Source: Promethearchaeota archaeon (lineage in GTDB: Archaea; Asgardarchaeota; Lokiarchaeia; Sigyniarchaeales; SOKP01). From it: a stretch of 64,000 nucleotides of DNA. Every line of letters starts with the position of its first letter. Position 1 is the first letter of the stretch. Below, one piece after another: positions 50,272-60,382 of this stretch. The notes under the pieces were generated by a model. The model ran no database searches. It saw nothing but the letters and a program-made list of their open reading frames with translations, and was not told the origin of the DNA. The position numbers and the translations under genes were made by a program. The stretch is taken from NCBI GenBank assembly GCA_019057795.1, contig JAHLWS010000021.1, forward strand, positions 40,260 to 104,259. The letters run 5' to 3'.

Positions 50272-50491
50272 TAATGGTATAAAATTAAGTATGAATTTAA
50301 TAGTTTATAAAATCTAAAAATGAAAAATTTAAAAAAATTATGTTAAAATAGCGGATAGTCTCTCTAAAAACAAATAATTAAAACTTAAACAGTTTGTGGA
50401 AAAATTTTTACTCTGAAATTATATATTTATGTTCTTACTATTTCTATTTTAACAACAAATTTTTTTTTAAATCATAAAGTGAAAACCCATT

Positions 50492-51412
50492 ATGATTAAC
50501 AAAACCATTTTACATATGATCCACGACTTAAAAACAGATAAAACTTCAGGAGCGAGTGAATTAATAGAAATCGCACTTGAAATTTTAGAAGCCTATCTTC
50601 ATACGATAAAAGATCCTAATATGGATGTAAAAGAGGATATATTTGATTTATCTAAAGAACTATTTAACGTTCGCCCAAGTATGGCTCCTATAATCAATAC
50701 AATTGGATATTTTATTCATGATTTGGAACTTTTCAGCAAACAAACACTTTTAGAAAAATTAAAGACATTTCTTGCAGAAAGATTAAGGATAGATAAAGCT
50801 TTAACTTCCTCGTTTCATTCGTTTTTAGATAGATTCGAAGGGAAAAAACTAAATGTAATGTTAATCTCTTACAGTACTACAATTATTAAGCATTTGAAAG
50901 AAAATACAAAAAACGATTTTACCTTTTACGTTTTAGAATCTCGTCCTTTGCTTGAAGGGCGTCGTACCGCCGAAATATTGGCTTCTAATTTTGAAACACA
51001 TTTAATAACAGATTCAGCGATGGGGAAGTTCATCAAAAAAGTTGATATCGTTCTTCTCGGAATTGATAGCGTACTGCGAGATGGGTCAATAGTAAATAAG
51101 ATAGGGAGTTATCCTTTAGCATGTATTGCCTCTGCGAATAATAAAGATGTTTACGCAGTTGGGGATTCTTTTAAATATAATTTAAAGAGTCATTATAACC
51201 AGAAAATAATTATCGAGACCAAGCCTATCTACGAAGTATATTCTAAAAAAATTAAAAAAGAATTGTTTAAAGTCCATAATCTTTATTTTGATATAACCCC
51301 ATCTAACTATTTTAAAGAAATAATCTCCGATTTAGGAATATTGACGATGCCAGAGTTTTTGGAGAAAGTCAAAAGTACGCTTCCATTAGAATGGTTCAAA
51401 TCATTTCTTTAA
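50492..51412 (+). CDS. eIF-2B alpha/beta/delta-like family protein
   Basis: SGAS, RPSMA, ESRPLLEG, GIDSV..DGSIVNKIGSY, YFDITP. Confidence 0.85.
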   Translation: MINKTILHMIHDLKTDKTSGASELIEIALEILEAYLHTIKDPNMDVKEDIFDLSKELFNVRPSMAPIINTIGYFIHDLELFSKQTLLEKLKTFLAERLRIDKALTSSFHSFLDRFEGKKLNVMLISYSTTIIKHLKENTKNDFTFYVLESRPLLEGRRTAEILASNFETHLITDSAMGKFIKKVDIVLLGIDSVLRDGSIVNKIGSYPLACIASANNKDVYAVGDSFKYNLKSHYNQKIIIETKPIYEVYSKKIKKELFKVHNLYFDITPSNYFKEIISDLGILTMPEFLEKVKSTLPLEWFKSFL

Positions 51413-51494
51413 AATCCAAGTTCTATTTTTTATTTTTAACATTTTTGGCGGATAACTATAAATATCTTGTATAAAGAATTTAATTTAGGCTACC

Positions 51495-52673
51495 ATGTCA
51501 ATTGATGAAAATTTAGCGTATGAAATTACAAAAAGATTATCATTTCCTCGATTAGTTGGCTCAGAAGGAGAAAAAAAGGCAATCAAAGTAGTTGTAGACG
51601 AGTTTGAAAAGGTGGGTTATAATACTGTCAATCGCGAGAAGTTTAAAACTTCGCTATACAATTGGAAGAAGACCGAGCTTTTGTTTTTGACTACGGGAAT
51701 ATTATTTATCCTTTTAGCGATATCGTATTATTATATGCCAATTTTATCGTTGGTAATCATTACTCTAATTGTAATAAGTATATTGAAGTTACTTAAGATT
51801 TCTGATTCAAATAAGATAAAATTAATGAAGAATGATAGGTATAATTTCGAAACTGAAAACATTTATGTAAATTTAAAAAGCAAGAATTCTTTGGCCAATC
51901 TTATCTTTATTGCTCATTATGACTCGAAATCTCAACTATACCCTTCAATTTTTAGGGCTTATTTAATAATTGGCTTATTTTTTGGCGGAGTAATTCTATT
52001 AGTTGTATTTTTCGTCTTAAGCGTTTTAAAGATTATTTTTACATTTAATAATCTCATCTTGAATAATATCCTTTTGGGCGTCAGCATAGTAATGGGGATA
52101 TTGGCAATATTAAATTTTTTCAATAAAGTCGGTAATAAATCTCCAGGAGCGACAGATAATGCCACGAGCGTTGGTACAGTTATTGCCCTCTCGAAATATT
52201 TTAAGAACAATCCTTTAGAAAATATTGATTTTACGTTTTTAATTCCGGGTTCTGAAGAACTTAACTTAGGTGGAGCGATTGATTTCATGCAAAAACACAA
52301 AAATGAAATAGATAAAGACACAACATATTGTATAAACTATGATATTATAGGTACACATGGCGTGCTAAGAAATGTAACGTCTTACGGAATTCCTAAGAAA
52401 GCAACCAGTACAAAATTGAACGAGCTATTTCTGAGCAGTAGTAAAATCTTAGGGGTTGAAATGAAGGAGATATACATTCCTACAGGAGCTTGGGGCGATC
52501 ATCAACCATTCATTTATGCGGGTTATAATGCTTGTATGCTTGGTTCCACTGGAAGTATGAAATACGTCCATTCTAAAAAAGATACGATGAGTTTAGTTTC
52601 TAAAGAGGGTTTAAATAACATTTTTAGTTTATCAATTGAGGTTGCTAATAGGTTAAACAAAGAATTAACTTAA
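51495..52673 (+). CDS. Membrane-bound M28 family metallopeptidase
   Basis: AHYDS, PGATDNATS, SEE, GDH and HS..DT, with inserted TM helices. Confidence 0.85.
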   Translation: MSIDENLAYEITKRLSFPRLVGSEGEKKAIKVVVDEFEKVGYNTVNREKFKTSLYNWKKTELLFLTTGILFILLAISYYYMPILSLVIITLIVISILKLLKISDSNKIKLMKNDRYNFETENIYVNLKSKNSLANLIFIAHYDSKSQLYPSIFRAYLIIGLFFGGVILLVVFFVLSVLKIIFTFNNLILNNILLGVSIVMGILAILNFFNKVGNKSPGATDNATSVGTVIALSKYFKNNPLENIDFTFLIPGSEELNLGGAIDFMQKHKNEIDKDTTYCINYDIIGTHGVLRNVTSYGIPKKATSTKLNELFLSSSKILGVEMKEIYIPTGAWGDHQPFIYAGYNACMLGSTGSMKYVHSKKDTMSLVSKEGLNNIFSLSIEVANRLNKELT

Positions 52674-52698
52674 ATTGCTTCTTTAAGAAATAATTTTT

Positions 52699-54054
52699 CT
52701 AATCTGCTTTTTCCGCCATATAAGGTTTCAAAGATATAATCGCTATTACATACAAAGGAATTACGGATAGTTCGATAAATATTGAGATAATGAAAGGAGC
52801 GCTTGGACCTAAACTATCCCAAGCCAATCCTCCTAAAATTGGGCCTAGAACTGCACCTAATAAGCTCAACCATTGTGCTGCTCCAAAAACTTTTCCACGG
52901 TGGATTTTTGATATTCGACTGAGGACATTTTGTAAAATTAAGTTACCTCCCCAAGCAAAAGTCGCGTCAAAAAGTAAGATAAAACCAAACATGAATCCCG
53001 ATGTAGAATTAATTATAAACCAGGTTGCTAACGCCCCAAACCCACTTACAACTGCAACCCCTAATACGGGATTTACTTTATCAGCAATCTTACCTAATTT
53101 AGGAGCAAATAACATAGATAAAACCTGAGCGGGAAAATAAATTAACATTACTAGAATAGGCATCTCAACTTTCAATTCTTCAATCAAATAAACTTGAAAG
53201 AAGGGATACGCTAAAGATTGATTCATACTACTCACCATAAAGGCAATGGTCAACACGCTGAAACCGAAAAAAAATCCTTTCGCTAAGTTGTTCTTGGGTT
53301 TTACAGAAGTATCTTGTATCACTGGTTCTTTAGAAACCATGATTGGTTCGACTGAGGATGGAAATAAATTGAAAATATGCTTTTCGTATGTGAGTTCTTC
53401 GTTGACTTTACGATGAAAAATTATACCTCCAAGAACATTAGATGCAGCAAACAATATTAATGGGCTGTAAACCAAAAAATGATTTTCAGGAGTAAATGTA
53501 ATTGCTAAACCAAAAACAATTACACTAATAATTGATCCAACTAGATTTCCTTTTCCTATCATTCCAGTTCGTTTTCCGAACGCAAAAGAACGATTTGATT
53601 TATTTGACTTCTCAGAAATTAACGTATCTAATGGTGTCCAAAAAAATCCTACAAAAAGCCCTAAAACAAACATCCCAATAGCGAATAATAATAAAGAAGA
53701 TAATAAAATGCCCAGATACATTAAAATATAGCTTGCTCCACGCCCAAAACTCCCTATTAGGATTAATAGCTTTTTTGAAACTCTGTCAGTTAAATAACCA
53801 ACAAATGGAGCACTGATTAACCCCCCTATAGTTTGTATTGAAAACATAAGCCCTAACACCGTTCCCGTAGCCCCTAATAATTGGACTGTGACATACGGGA
53901 TTAAAAATGAGAAAAAAAAGAATCCCATGCTGTTCCAAAAGATGATTCTGATCATAGGAACGAAATCTGGAGTAATCTTCATTCTGTTTGCGTTTGTTTC
54001 TTCTGGCCTACTTTCAGAATCAAATGGATTACCGTTATCAATATTGTGCGACAA
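52699..54054 (-). CDS. MFS transporter
   Basis: About 12 hydrophobic segments; MFS motif-A-like loops GYLTDRVSKK and GKIADK. Confidence 0.88.
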   Translation of the reverse strand: MSHNIDNGNPFDSESRPEETNANRMKITPDFVPMIRIIFWNSMGFFFFSFLIPYVTVQLLGATGTVLGLMFSIQTIGGLISAPFVGYLTDRVSKKLLILIGSFGRGASYILMYLGILLSSLLLFAIGMFVLGLFVGFFWTPLDTLISEKSNKSNRSFAFGKRTGMIGKGNLVGSIISVIVFGLAITFTPENHFLVYSPLILFAASNVLGGIIFHRKVNEELTYEKHIFNLFPSSVEPIMVSKEPVIQDTSVKPKNNLAKGFFFGFSVLTIAFMVSSMNQSLAYPFFQVYLIEELKVEMPILVMLIYFPAQVLSMLFAPKLGKIADKVNPVLGVAVVSGFGALATWFIINSTSGFMFGFILLFDATFAWGGNLILQNVLSRISKIHRGKVFGAAQWLSLLGAVLGPILGGLAWDSLGPSAPFIISIFIELSVIPLYVIAIISLKPYMAEKAD

Positions 54055-54229
54055 TTAAAAAAGCTCCCATAAAACTATTACATTTAATAAAAATCCATTT
54101 CCTAAAAAGTTCGTTATTTTAAGTTTTAACATAAATTTATGGAATAAATGAATAAAACTTAATTTTTTAAGAAGATTTTTCTTAATACAAATTATCAATT
54201 AGAAAACAAAAATAAATTTTTAGAGAAAA

Positions 54230-55219
54230 ATGTTAACTTCAGAACACATTAAAGAAATTTTAAAGGATTACACTATTAATCTTCGATTCCACGCACGCGG
54301 GGGGCAAGGAGGCGTTACTGCTTCTAACTTATGCGTCGAAGCTTTTTATGGCTATGGCGTCTGTCAACCGAGATTTGGAGCAGAACGAATGGGAAGTCCG
54401 ACTGAAAGCTATGTTAGACTTTCTGCGAACGCAGATTTAGTAAGGTCAAATGAACAAGTGTATGACCCCCATTTCGTAGCTGTGTTAGATGAATCGTTGC
54501 TCTCAGAAGTAGATGTAACTGCTGGTGTACCCAAAGGAGGCTGGTTGATAGTAAATACCGTAGCGGACCAACTAACCATTCAAGAAGCTGTAAAGAGAAA
54601 AGACATAAACATTGCTACAATCGATGCGACACGAATTGCTTTAGATGTTTTAGGTCGAAACATTACAAATACTATTATATTAGGTGCTTTAATAAGAATC
54701 TCTCACCTCTTTACTCTCGAAGAATTATCTAATGCCATCATGAAGCGATTCAAAGGAGCTATAGCTGGAAAAAATATCGAAGCAATAAAGCAAGCAATTG
54801 AAGAAACTTGCATATTTGACATCGGAGTCGAGCCAGATTTTACGGTTGACACTAAAGTACCGTGGCAACAAATAGATTTAGGCTTACCTGGATATAAGGA
54901 ATTAGATAAAGCGGGTGTTTGGTATTGCGACGAAAAAGTAATCCCTGTTGGAAGCGACCAAGTGAATACTGGTTCGTGGGGCGAATGGGATATGATTTGG
55001 GATGCGGAAACATGTACAAATTGCGCTCAGTGTTGGTTTATTTGCCCTGATTTTGCCATTATTAGAGAAAAAAGGGAAGACGGCAAATATCATATGATTG
55101 GAATTGATCTACTTCATTGTAAATCATGTTTAAATTGTCTAAATATCTGCCCTGTTCAAGCAATAAGTAAAAAATTGAAACAAGGACCGGCTGCTTGTGC
55201 AGTACCGGAAGAAAATTAA
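54230..55219 (+). CDS. 2-oxoacid (pyruvate):ferredoxin oxidoreductase, fused gamma and delta subunits
   Basis: RFHARGGQGGVT, FGAERMGSP, NTIILGA (gamma); NTGSW and two CxxCxxCxxxCP motifs (delta). Confidence 0.9.
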   Translation: MLTSEHIKEILKDYTINLRFHARGGQGGVTASNLCVEAFYGYGVCQPRFGAERMGSPTESYVRLSANADLVRSNEQVYDPHFVAVLDESLLSEVDVTAGVPKGGWLIVNTVADQLTIQEAVKRKDINIATIDATRIALDVLGRNITNTIILGALIRISHLFTLEELSNAIMKRFKGAIAGKNIEAIKQAIEETCIFDIGVEPDFTVDTKVPWQQIDLGLPGYKELDKAGVWYCDEKVIPVGSDQVNTGSWGEWDMIWDAETCTNCAQCWFICPDFAIIREKREDGKYHMIGIDLLHCKSCLNCLNICPVQAISKKLKQGPAACAVPEEN

Positions 55220-55387
55220 ATCATTTTTTTAAATCTTTTTTATTACCTAAACGGAGTATTTTCAAAGAGAAATTGATTATTATTGTGGTAATCTGTTTTT
55301 AATCCAGATAAAAATTTAAAAATTAACACTCTCTTCTTTTTTCTTTTAAATACTTTTATATTATATTTATAATAAGATAAGGAAAAT

Positions 55388-57421
55388 TTGGTTTTTTCTA
55401 AAATAGAGTCTGAATTTTATTTGAAGAAGAAAAAAGATATGTTTTGTCGTAAGCCAGGTAAACCTAAGTGTGATAGAAACATAAATAATTTTAAGAACAC
55501 TTATCACGATTTGGAAAATGAAGTTAAAATTAATCAAAAGAAAGGAAATAAAAAAATAATATCAAATATTGTACCAGAGCGTATACAAACGCAAAAAATT
55601 AATGCAAATGGAGAAATAGACCTTAAAACTTATGCTATAGGAGTTGTTGATAAGTATAAAAAAGAAATCTAAGAGGCTAGGAGAAAATTAGGTTATGGTT
55701 CAAAACAACTTATTTTTGATGATAAACCGATAAGTGCTGCTGATATTGACAATATAGACCAATTAGCTACTAAAAAAGGAAGATCTAAATTATTTTGGTA
55801 TGGTATTATATATCAAATTACTGAAATTGATGAATTTCAAATAAAAGGTGAATCTTATGGTGGAATGACTACACTAACTTTATTTGATAGGTGGCATTTT
55901 GCTGTTAGGGATGCTACAACAAAACCAAAAACCTGGCATTTTCCATTAATTTGGGCGATAAGAAATTATTTATTTAAGGAATTAGGTTTAGATATAGAGG
56001 ATTTAAAGATTAATGGCAAATTTGATTGGAAAAAAATTCATGCTATTCTAGATAAAAGATTTCAAAGAAAAGTGAAAAGGATATGTTTTAACGATAATTC
56101 TTTGAGAATTGAAGAGAGAAAATTTATCAGAGATAATAACTTAATTGAGGATGGGCTAAATATCTCAGGAGGAGGTGAAGGTGGACCTGCAATTGATCTC
56201 CCAATGTTAAGTGTTGCTAAATTAATCGCTTTAGGATTTACAATAACAGATATTCATGATTCAATTGTAAATAAACAACAAATTCAATGTAGTTTACAGA
56301 CAGTAAGACAGCGAATAATCGATTACTGGGAAAGTTTTAAAAATTCTCAAATAATGTTCCTTCGACCAGTATTAGAGAAACTTATTAAAGCTCGTTTTGA
56401 ACTTTATGAAATTAATCAGGTTTTTGGCAGGTTCATGCTTGACCGGATAAAACTTTTTTTTGGAGGTCTCTCTTATCGTCAATTATTAAAAACTATCGAT
56501 CATGATTGGTCTTGTCTTTCAATTTCGGATAGATTCCCATCATGGACAAATCAAGGTAGGATAACGGCAATTATACCAATTGAAACCCTAAAATATTTAG
56601 TTCGATGTTACCTTTATGCTAATGAAGCTATTAGGGATAAAAAAGTTCAAATTATTTTATCTGAGTACAGTAGTTCAGATGTTAAAAGGCAAAATTTAGT
56701 CTATCAGGTACAACAACAATTAGATTACGGTAATTGGGAGGAGGCAAGAGAAGCAATAACAATCCCCCTTGTATTGAAAAAGTTAAGAGAAGGTAAAAAT
56801 TCACCTAAACAAATTTACAGATCTATTGGTTATAATGAAAGTTCGGCTCACACTCATAACACGCTTAGTAGAGAATTATTTTTAGGCTTAAATACCAATG
56901 AATTGAGAGATTTCTTGAGAAGATATTCTAATGTTCAAACTTATGATGATTTCAAAAAAATTTATTTGCTTGAAAAGGAGAAAATTATTAAATGCATTAA
57001 TAAAGATTTTGTGGATAAATTACTCTTCAAATATATAAGATCTGATAAAGCAGCAAAGGAATTAGAGGGTTTTTATTCAGGCGATTTTCTTAAAGAGCTT
57101 AACAAATATTATCCAAGTTATAAAAAAGCAAAATGGATTGTAAAAGCTCCATTTATTATTAAAAATCTAAGAAAGTTACCAAAAAATTACAATAGCAGAG
57201 ATGTTGAGCAAATTTTTAGAAATATAGGATATAGTAAAAAAAGTGCTGAAAATTATGGTAGAATAATTCAAGATATGTTTTTTGGTATGGGAATAAAAGA
57301 AAGTATTATTTTTTTTACAAACCATCCTAATATAAATACTTATGAAGAAGCTTTAAATGCTTACAAGAGCGAACATAGAATTGATATATTAAAACCTCAT
57401 AGAAGTAAATATTATAAATAG
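55388..57421 (+). pseudogene. GIY-YIG endonuclease-like gene with an in-frame TAA at 55670-55672, located inside the por operon
   Basis: ORFs 55388-55672 and 55865-57421 are in the same frame. The stretch between them is open and encodes YGIIYQITE...ESYGGMTT..LFDRW; later comes EERKFI...GLNISGGGEG. Confidence 0.65.
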
Positions 57422-57619
57422 CTTCAAAAAGAAGATTGAAACTTAAAGATAGGATATAATTCTATTTCAATAATTTCATCATGTTTTTTGATTTTCAAAA
57501 AATTAAATTAAAATGAAAAATTTTAAAATTTTTATGATAAAACTAATACAATATAATTTCTTATATTTAAATTATTATTTTTAAAATAATTGAGGTAGAT
57601 TATTATTAGTGTTGAACCA

Positions 57620-58831
57620 ATGAAACTTTTTTTTAAAGAGATTAAAGAGCCCATCGAGACGGCAATGATTGGAAATTACGCTGTGGCCGGGGGAGTTACT
57701 CAAACGGACCCTGATGTAATTTGTGCTTTTCCTATTACCCCTCAAACTCAATCCGTTGAAGGATTATCTGATGTCGTTCACCAAGGAAGATTAAAAGCGG
57801 CTTTCGTTAATGTCGAATCCGAATTAGCCGCTATGAGTTATTCAACGGCAGCTTGCGCTGCTGGTGCCAGAACTTTTACTGCTACAGCATCACAAGGCTA
57901 TTTATTAATGACTGAAGCCTTGCCTATGGCAGTTGGTTGGCGCGTCCCGTTAACGATGATGATCTCAGCGAGAGCTTTTAATGCTCCCAATCTTTCTATA
58001 TGGAACAGTTGGAGTGATTTCGTTTTGTTTGATGTTGGGTGGAACTGTGTAGTATCGGAGAATGTGCAAGAAACCTACGATGCAGCAATTTTGTCAGTTA
58101 TGATGTCTGACAATTCTTTGTTTCCAACTATGTTTGTACACGACGGTTTTATTATTTCTCATTCCGTTCAGAAATTATGGTTAATTCCAGACGAGATTGT
58201 ACGGAAATTAACGCCAAAAAAGCCTCGCCACACAATTTCAACAAAGCGTCCTGGTGTATGGGGTGGGATTGTAACTCCCAGCTTTTTTATGGAGGGACGA
58301 AAAAATCTTGACGAAGCGAAGAAACCCGTGTTAGATATAATGAAAAAGGCGTTCGAAGAATTCGGAAAAGCAACTGGGCGCCACTATAACTTAATTGAAA
58401 CCTACAACTTAGATAACTCTTCAAAAACAGCTTTTATTACTATGGGAAGCATGTGTGGAAACATCATTAGTTGGATGACTAAAAACAAGGACATAGGACT
58501 AATTAAAATCAGAGCTTATAGACCTTTCCCTTACGAGGAATTACAAAAGATTGTCCAAAAACATAACATCGAAAAACTAATAATTCTAGAAAAATCAGAT
58601 TCGCTGAACAATCTTTTACCTCCATTTGCCACTTCAATAGCAACAGCGTTATATCCGCTTAAAACTCTATTTAGATGCTATATTGTTGGACTAGGTGGAC
58701 GGGACGTTACTCGAGATGAGTTTACTGTCGCAAAAAAGAAAATGGAATCTGTAAACGATATGAAAGGACCGCTCTATAGTTACCTTGGCGTACGGGAGAC
58801 TAAGGATAAAATCTATGAGGTGAACATGTAA
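57620..58831 (+). CDS. porA: 2-oxoacid (pyruvate):ferredoxin oxidoreductase alpha subunit
   Basis: GNYAVA, FPITPQT, VESE.AAMS, GARTFTATASQG, DGFIISH, GLGGRD. Confidence 0.9.
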   Translation: MKLFFKEIKEPIETAMIGNYAVAGGVTQTDPDVICAFPITPQTQSVEGLSDVVHQGRLKAAFVNVESELAAMSYSTAACAAGARTFTATASQGYLLMTEALPMAVGWRVPLTMMISARAFNAPNLSIWNSWSDFVLFDVGWNCVVSENVQETYDAAILSVMMSDNSLFPTMFVHDGFIISHSVQKLWLIPDEIVRKLTPKKPRHTISTKRPGVWGGIVTPSFFMEGRKNLDEAKKPVLDIMKKAFEEFGKATGRHYNLIETYNLDNSSKTAFITMGSMCGNIISWMTKNKDIGLIKIRAYRPFPYEELQKIVQKHNIEKLIILEKSDSLNNLLPPFATSIATALYPLKTLFRCYIVGLGGRDVTRDEFTVAKKKMESVNDMKGPLYSYLGVRETKDKIYEVNM

Positions 58832-58832
58832 G

Positions 58833-59921
58833 ATGTCAAAACCAGAAAAAAATATAATTAAATTCGAAGATATCTTAGCAAGAGATGGCAAATGTAACGT
58901 TTTATTTTTAAACTACGATAACGAAGCTTTTATGAACACTGGAATTCAAGAATCAGGCGCTACACCACCTCACGCTTCGACAACCACCGGACCCGGTGGA
59001 GAAAAGATTCCCGGTAAAGTTGGTGTAAAACAAGATTTAGTTACTCCTTTTGCTTTTTATGGGACAAAATCGTTATTTTTAGCAACGGCAAACCCCGCTT
59101 ATCCAGCAGATTTTATGGGAAAAGTTGCTGATGCGTTAAAGTCAAATGGGTCTGCTTTCATTCAATCAATAGCTGATTGCATGAGAGGATGGCGACATCC
59201 CGCCGAAGACGCCGTGAAAATCTCAAAATTAGCTACAGATTGCGGTTATTGGCCTCTTTACACTATTAGAGTAAAAGATGGCATTCCAACATTTTCTTAT
59301 TATCGCGGATTAGATATAGATAAGGAGAAATTTGTAGAATACTTAAAATCTATGGGTCGGTTTAGACATCTCTTTAAGCCACAGTTTTTAGAAAAAGAAA
59401 TTGACGAAATAATTTACTATACTGAACAACGTAACCTTAAACTAAAAGGGCTTATTGAACAGTTTGGAGCCGAAAAACCAATAGACTTTTATCAGGTAAA
59501 TCGAAGAACTTTAGAACCTCAACAGCATCTCCATCCTGGACACGGACTTTGCCCCGGGTGTGGCGCTGGAATGGTCTTGAATCAGATGGCTACAGCAGCT
59601 ACAGCAGTCGCGGGTAACAACATTATTTACGTGAATAATACGAGTTGCAGTGAAGTATCGACAGCAAAAGATTTTGTGACATCTTGGAAAGTTCCTTGGG
59701 TTCACCACTTATTTGAAAGCGGAGCTACTATAGCTGAAGGAATAAGCACAACTTACAAAATCCTTAAATCTAAAGGTTTGTTCAAAGGAGAGGTGCCGTA
59801 TGTTATACACATTGCCGGCGACGGGTCAACCTACGACATAGGGTTCCAATTCCTTAAAGCAGCCCTTATCCGAACAAGCTCTTTCGTTGAAATGAACGAA
59901 TACTTGACGAACCCAAAATAA
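58833..59921 (+). CDS. porB: 2-oxoacid (pyruvate):ferredoxin oxidoreductase beta subunit, circularly permuted
   Basis: YDNEAFMNTGIQ near residue 28, GHGLCPGCG near 236-244 and GDGSTYDIG at 329. The order of the two halves is reversed relative to canonical PorB. Confidence 0.85.
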   Translation: MSKPEKNIIKFEDILARDGKCNVLFLNYDNEAFMNTGIQESGATPPHASTTTGPGGEKIPGKVGVKQDLVTPFAFYGTKSLFLATANPAYPADFMGKVADALKSNGSAFIQSIADCMRGWRHPAEDAVKISKLATDCGYWPLYTIRVKDGIPTFSYYRGLDIDKEKFVEYLKSMGRFRHLFKPQFLEKEIDEIIYYTEQRNLKLKGLIEQFGAEKPIDFYQVNRRTLEPQQHLHPGHGLCPGCGAGMVLNQMATAATAVAGNNIIYVNNTSCSEVSTAKDFVTSWKVPWVHHLFESGATIAEGISTTYKILKSKGLFKGEVPYVIHIAGDGSTYDIGFQFLKAALIRTSSFVEMNEYLTNPK

Positions 59922-60053
59922 TCATCAATTTTAATTATTCTTTTATTTATTATCTTTTGATTGCCGAACAATCAAATTTATACTGGATTTTGTGTGAAAG
60001 TGTAAATTATCTATCCTGTTATCTTTAGGGTGCTCTCTTAAGCAATACTAACT

Positions 60054-60103
60054 ACGGGTCAATCTACGATATAGGGTTTCAATTCCTTAAAACAATCCTT
60101 ATT
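60054..60103 (+). repeat. Degenerate direct repeat of the porB 3' segment 59821-59870
   Basis: acgggtcaatctacgatatagggtttcaattccttaaaacaatccttatt versus acgggtcaacctacgacatagggttccaattccttaaagcagcccttatc (7 differences in 50 nt). Confidence 0.85.
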
Positions 60104-60183
60104 GGGCAGCAACCCAATAATATGGGTATGTTAAACATAGTTTGTTTTGCAGTTAATTTAGGAAGTGGTTGTAGTTTTTTCAT
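60079..60183 (-). CDS. Possible 34-aa small peptide or truncated gene start
   Basis: MKKLQPLPKLTAKQTMFNIPILLGCCPIRIVLRN*, preceded by an aggtga SD-like motif. Confidence 0.35.
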   Translation of the reverse strand: MKKLQPLPKLTAKQTMFNIPILLGCCPIRIVLRN

Positions 60184-60382
60184 TGCATTCACCTAATAAT
60201 GAATAGTGTTTTTCCCAATATATAAATGTTAATAGGTATAGTAGCTATAGATAGTAGCCTTGTAGCATCTTACTATTAAAGATTTTAAGTGTCATTCGAA
60301 GGTTAAATAAGATTGCAATGATTTTATTCGTAAAAACACTCATCATAAATTTAATTTGAAATAAAAATCTAATTACAGTTAA

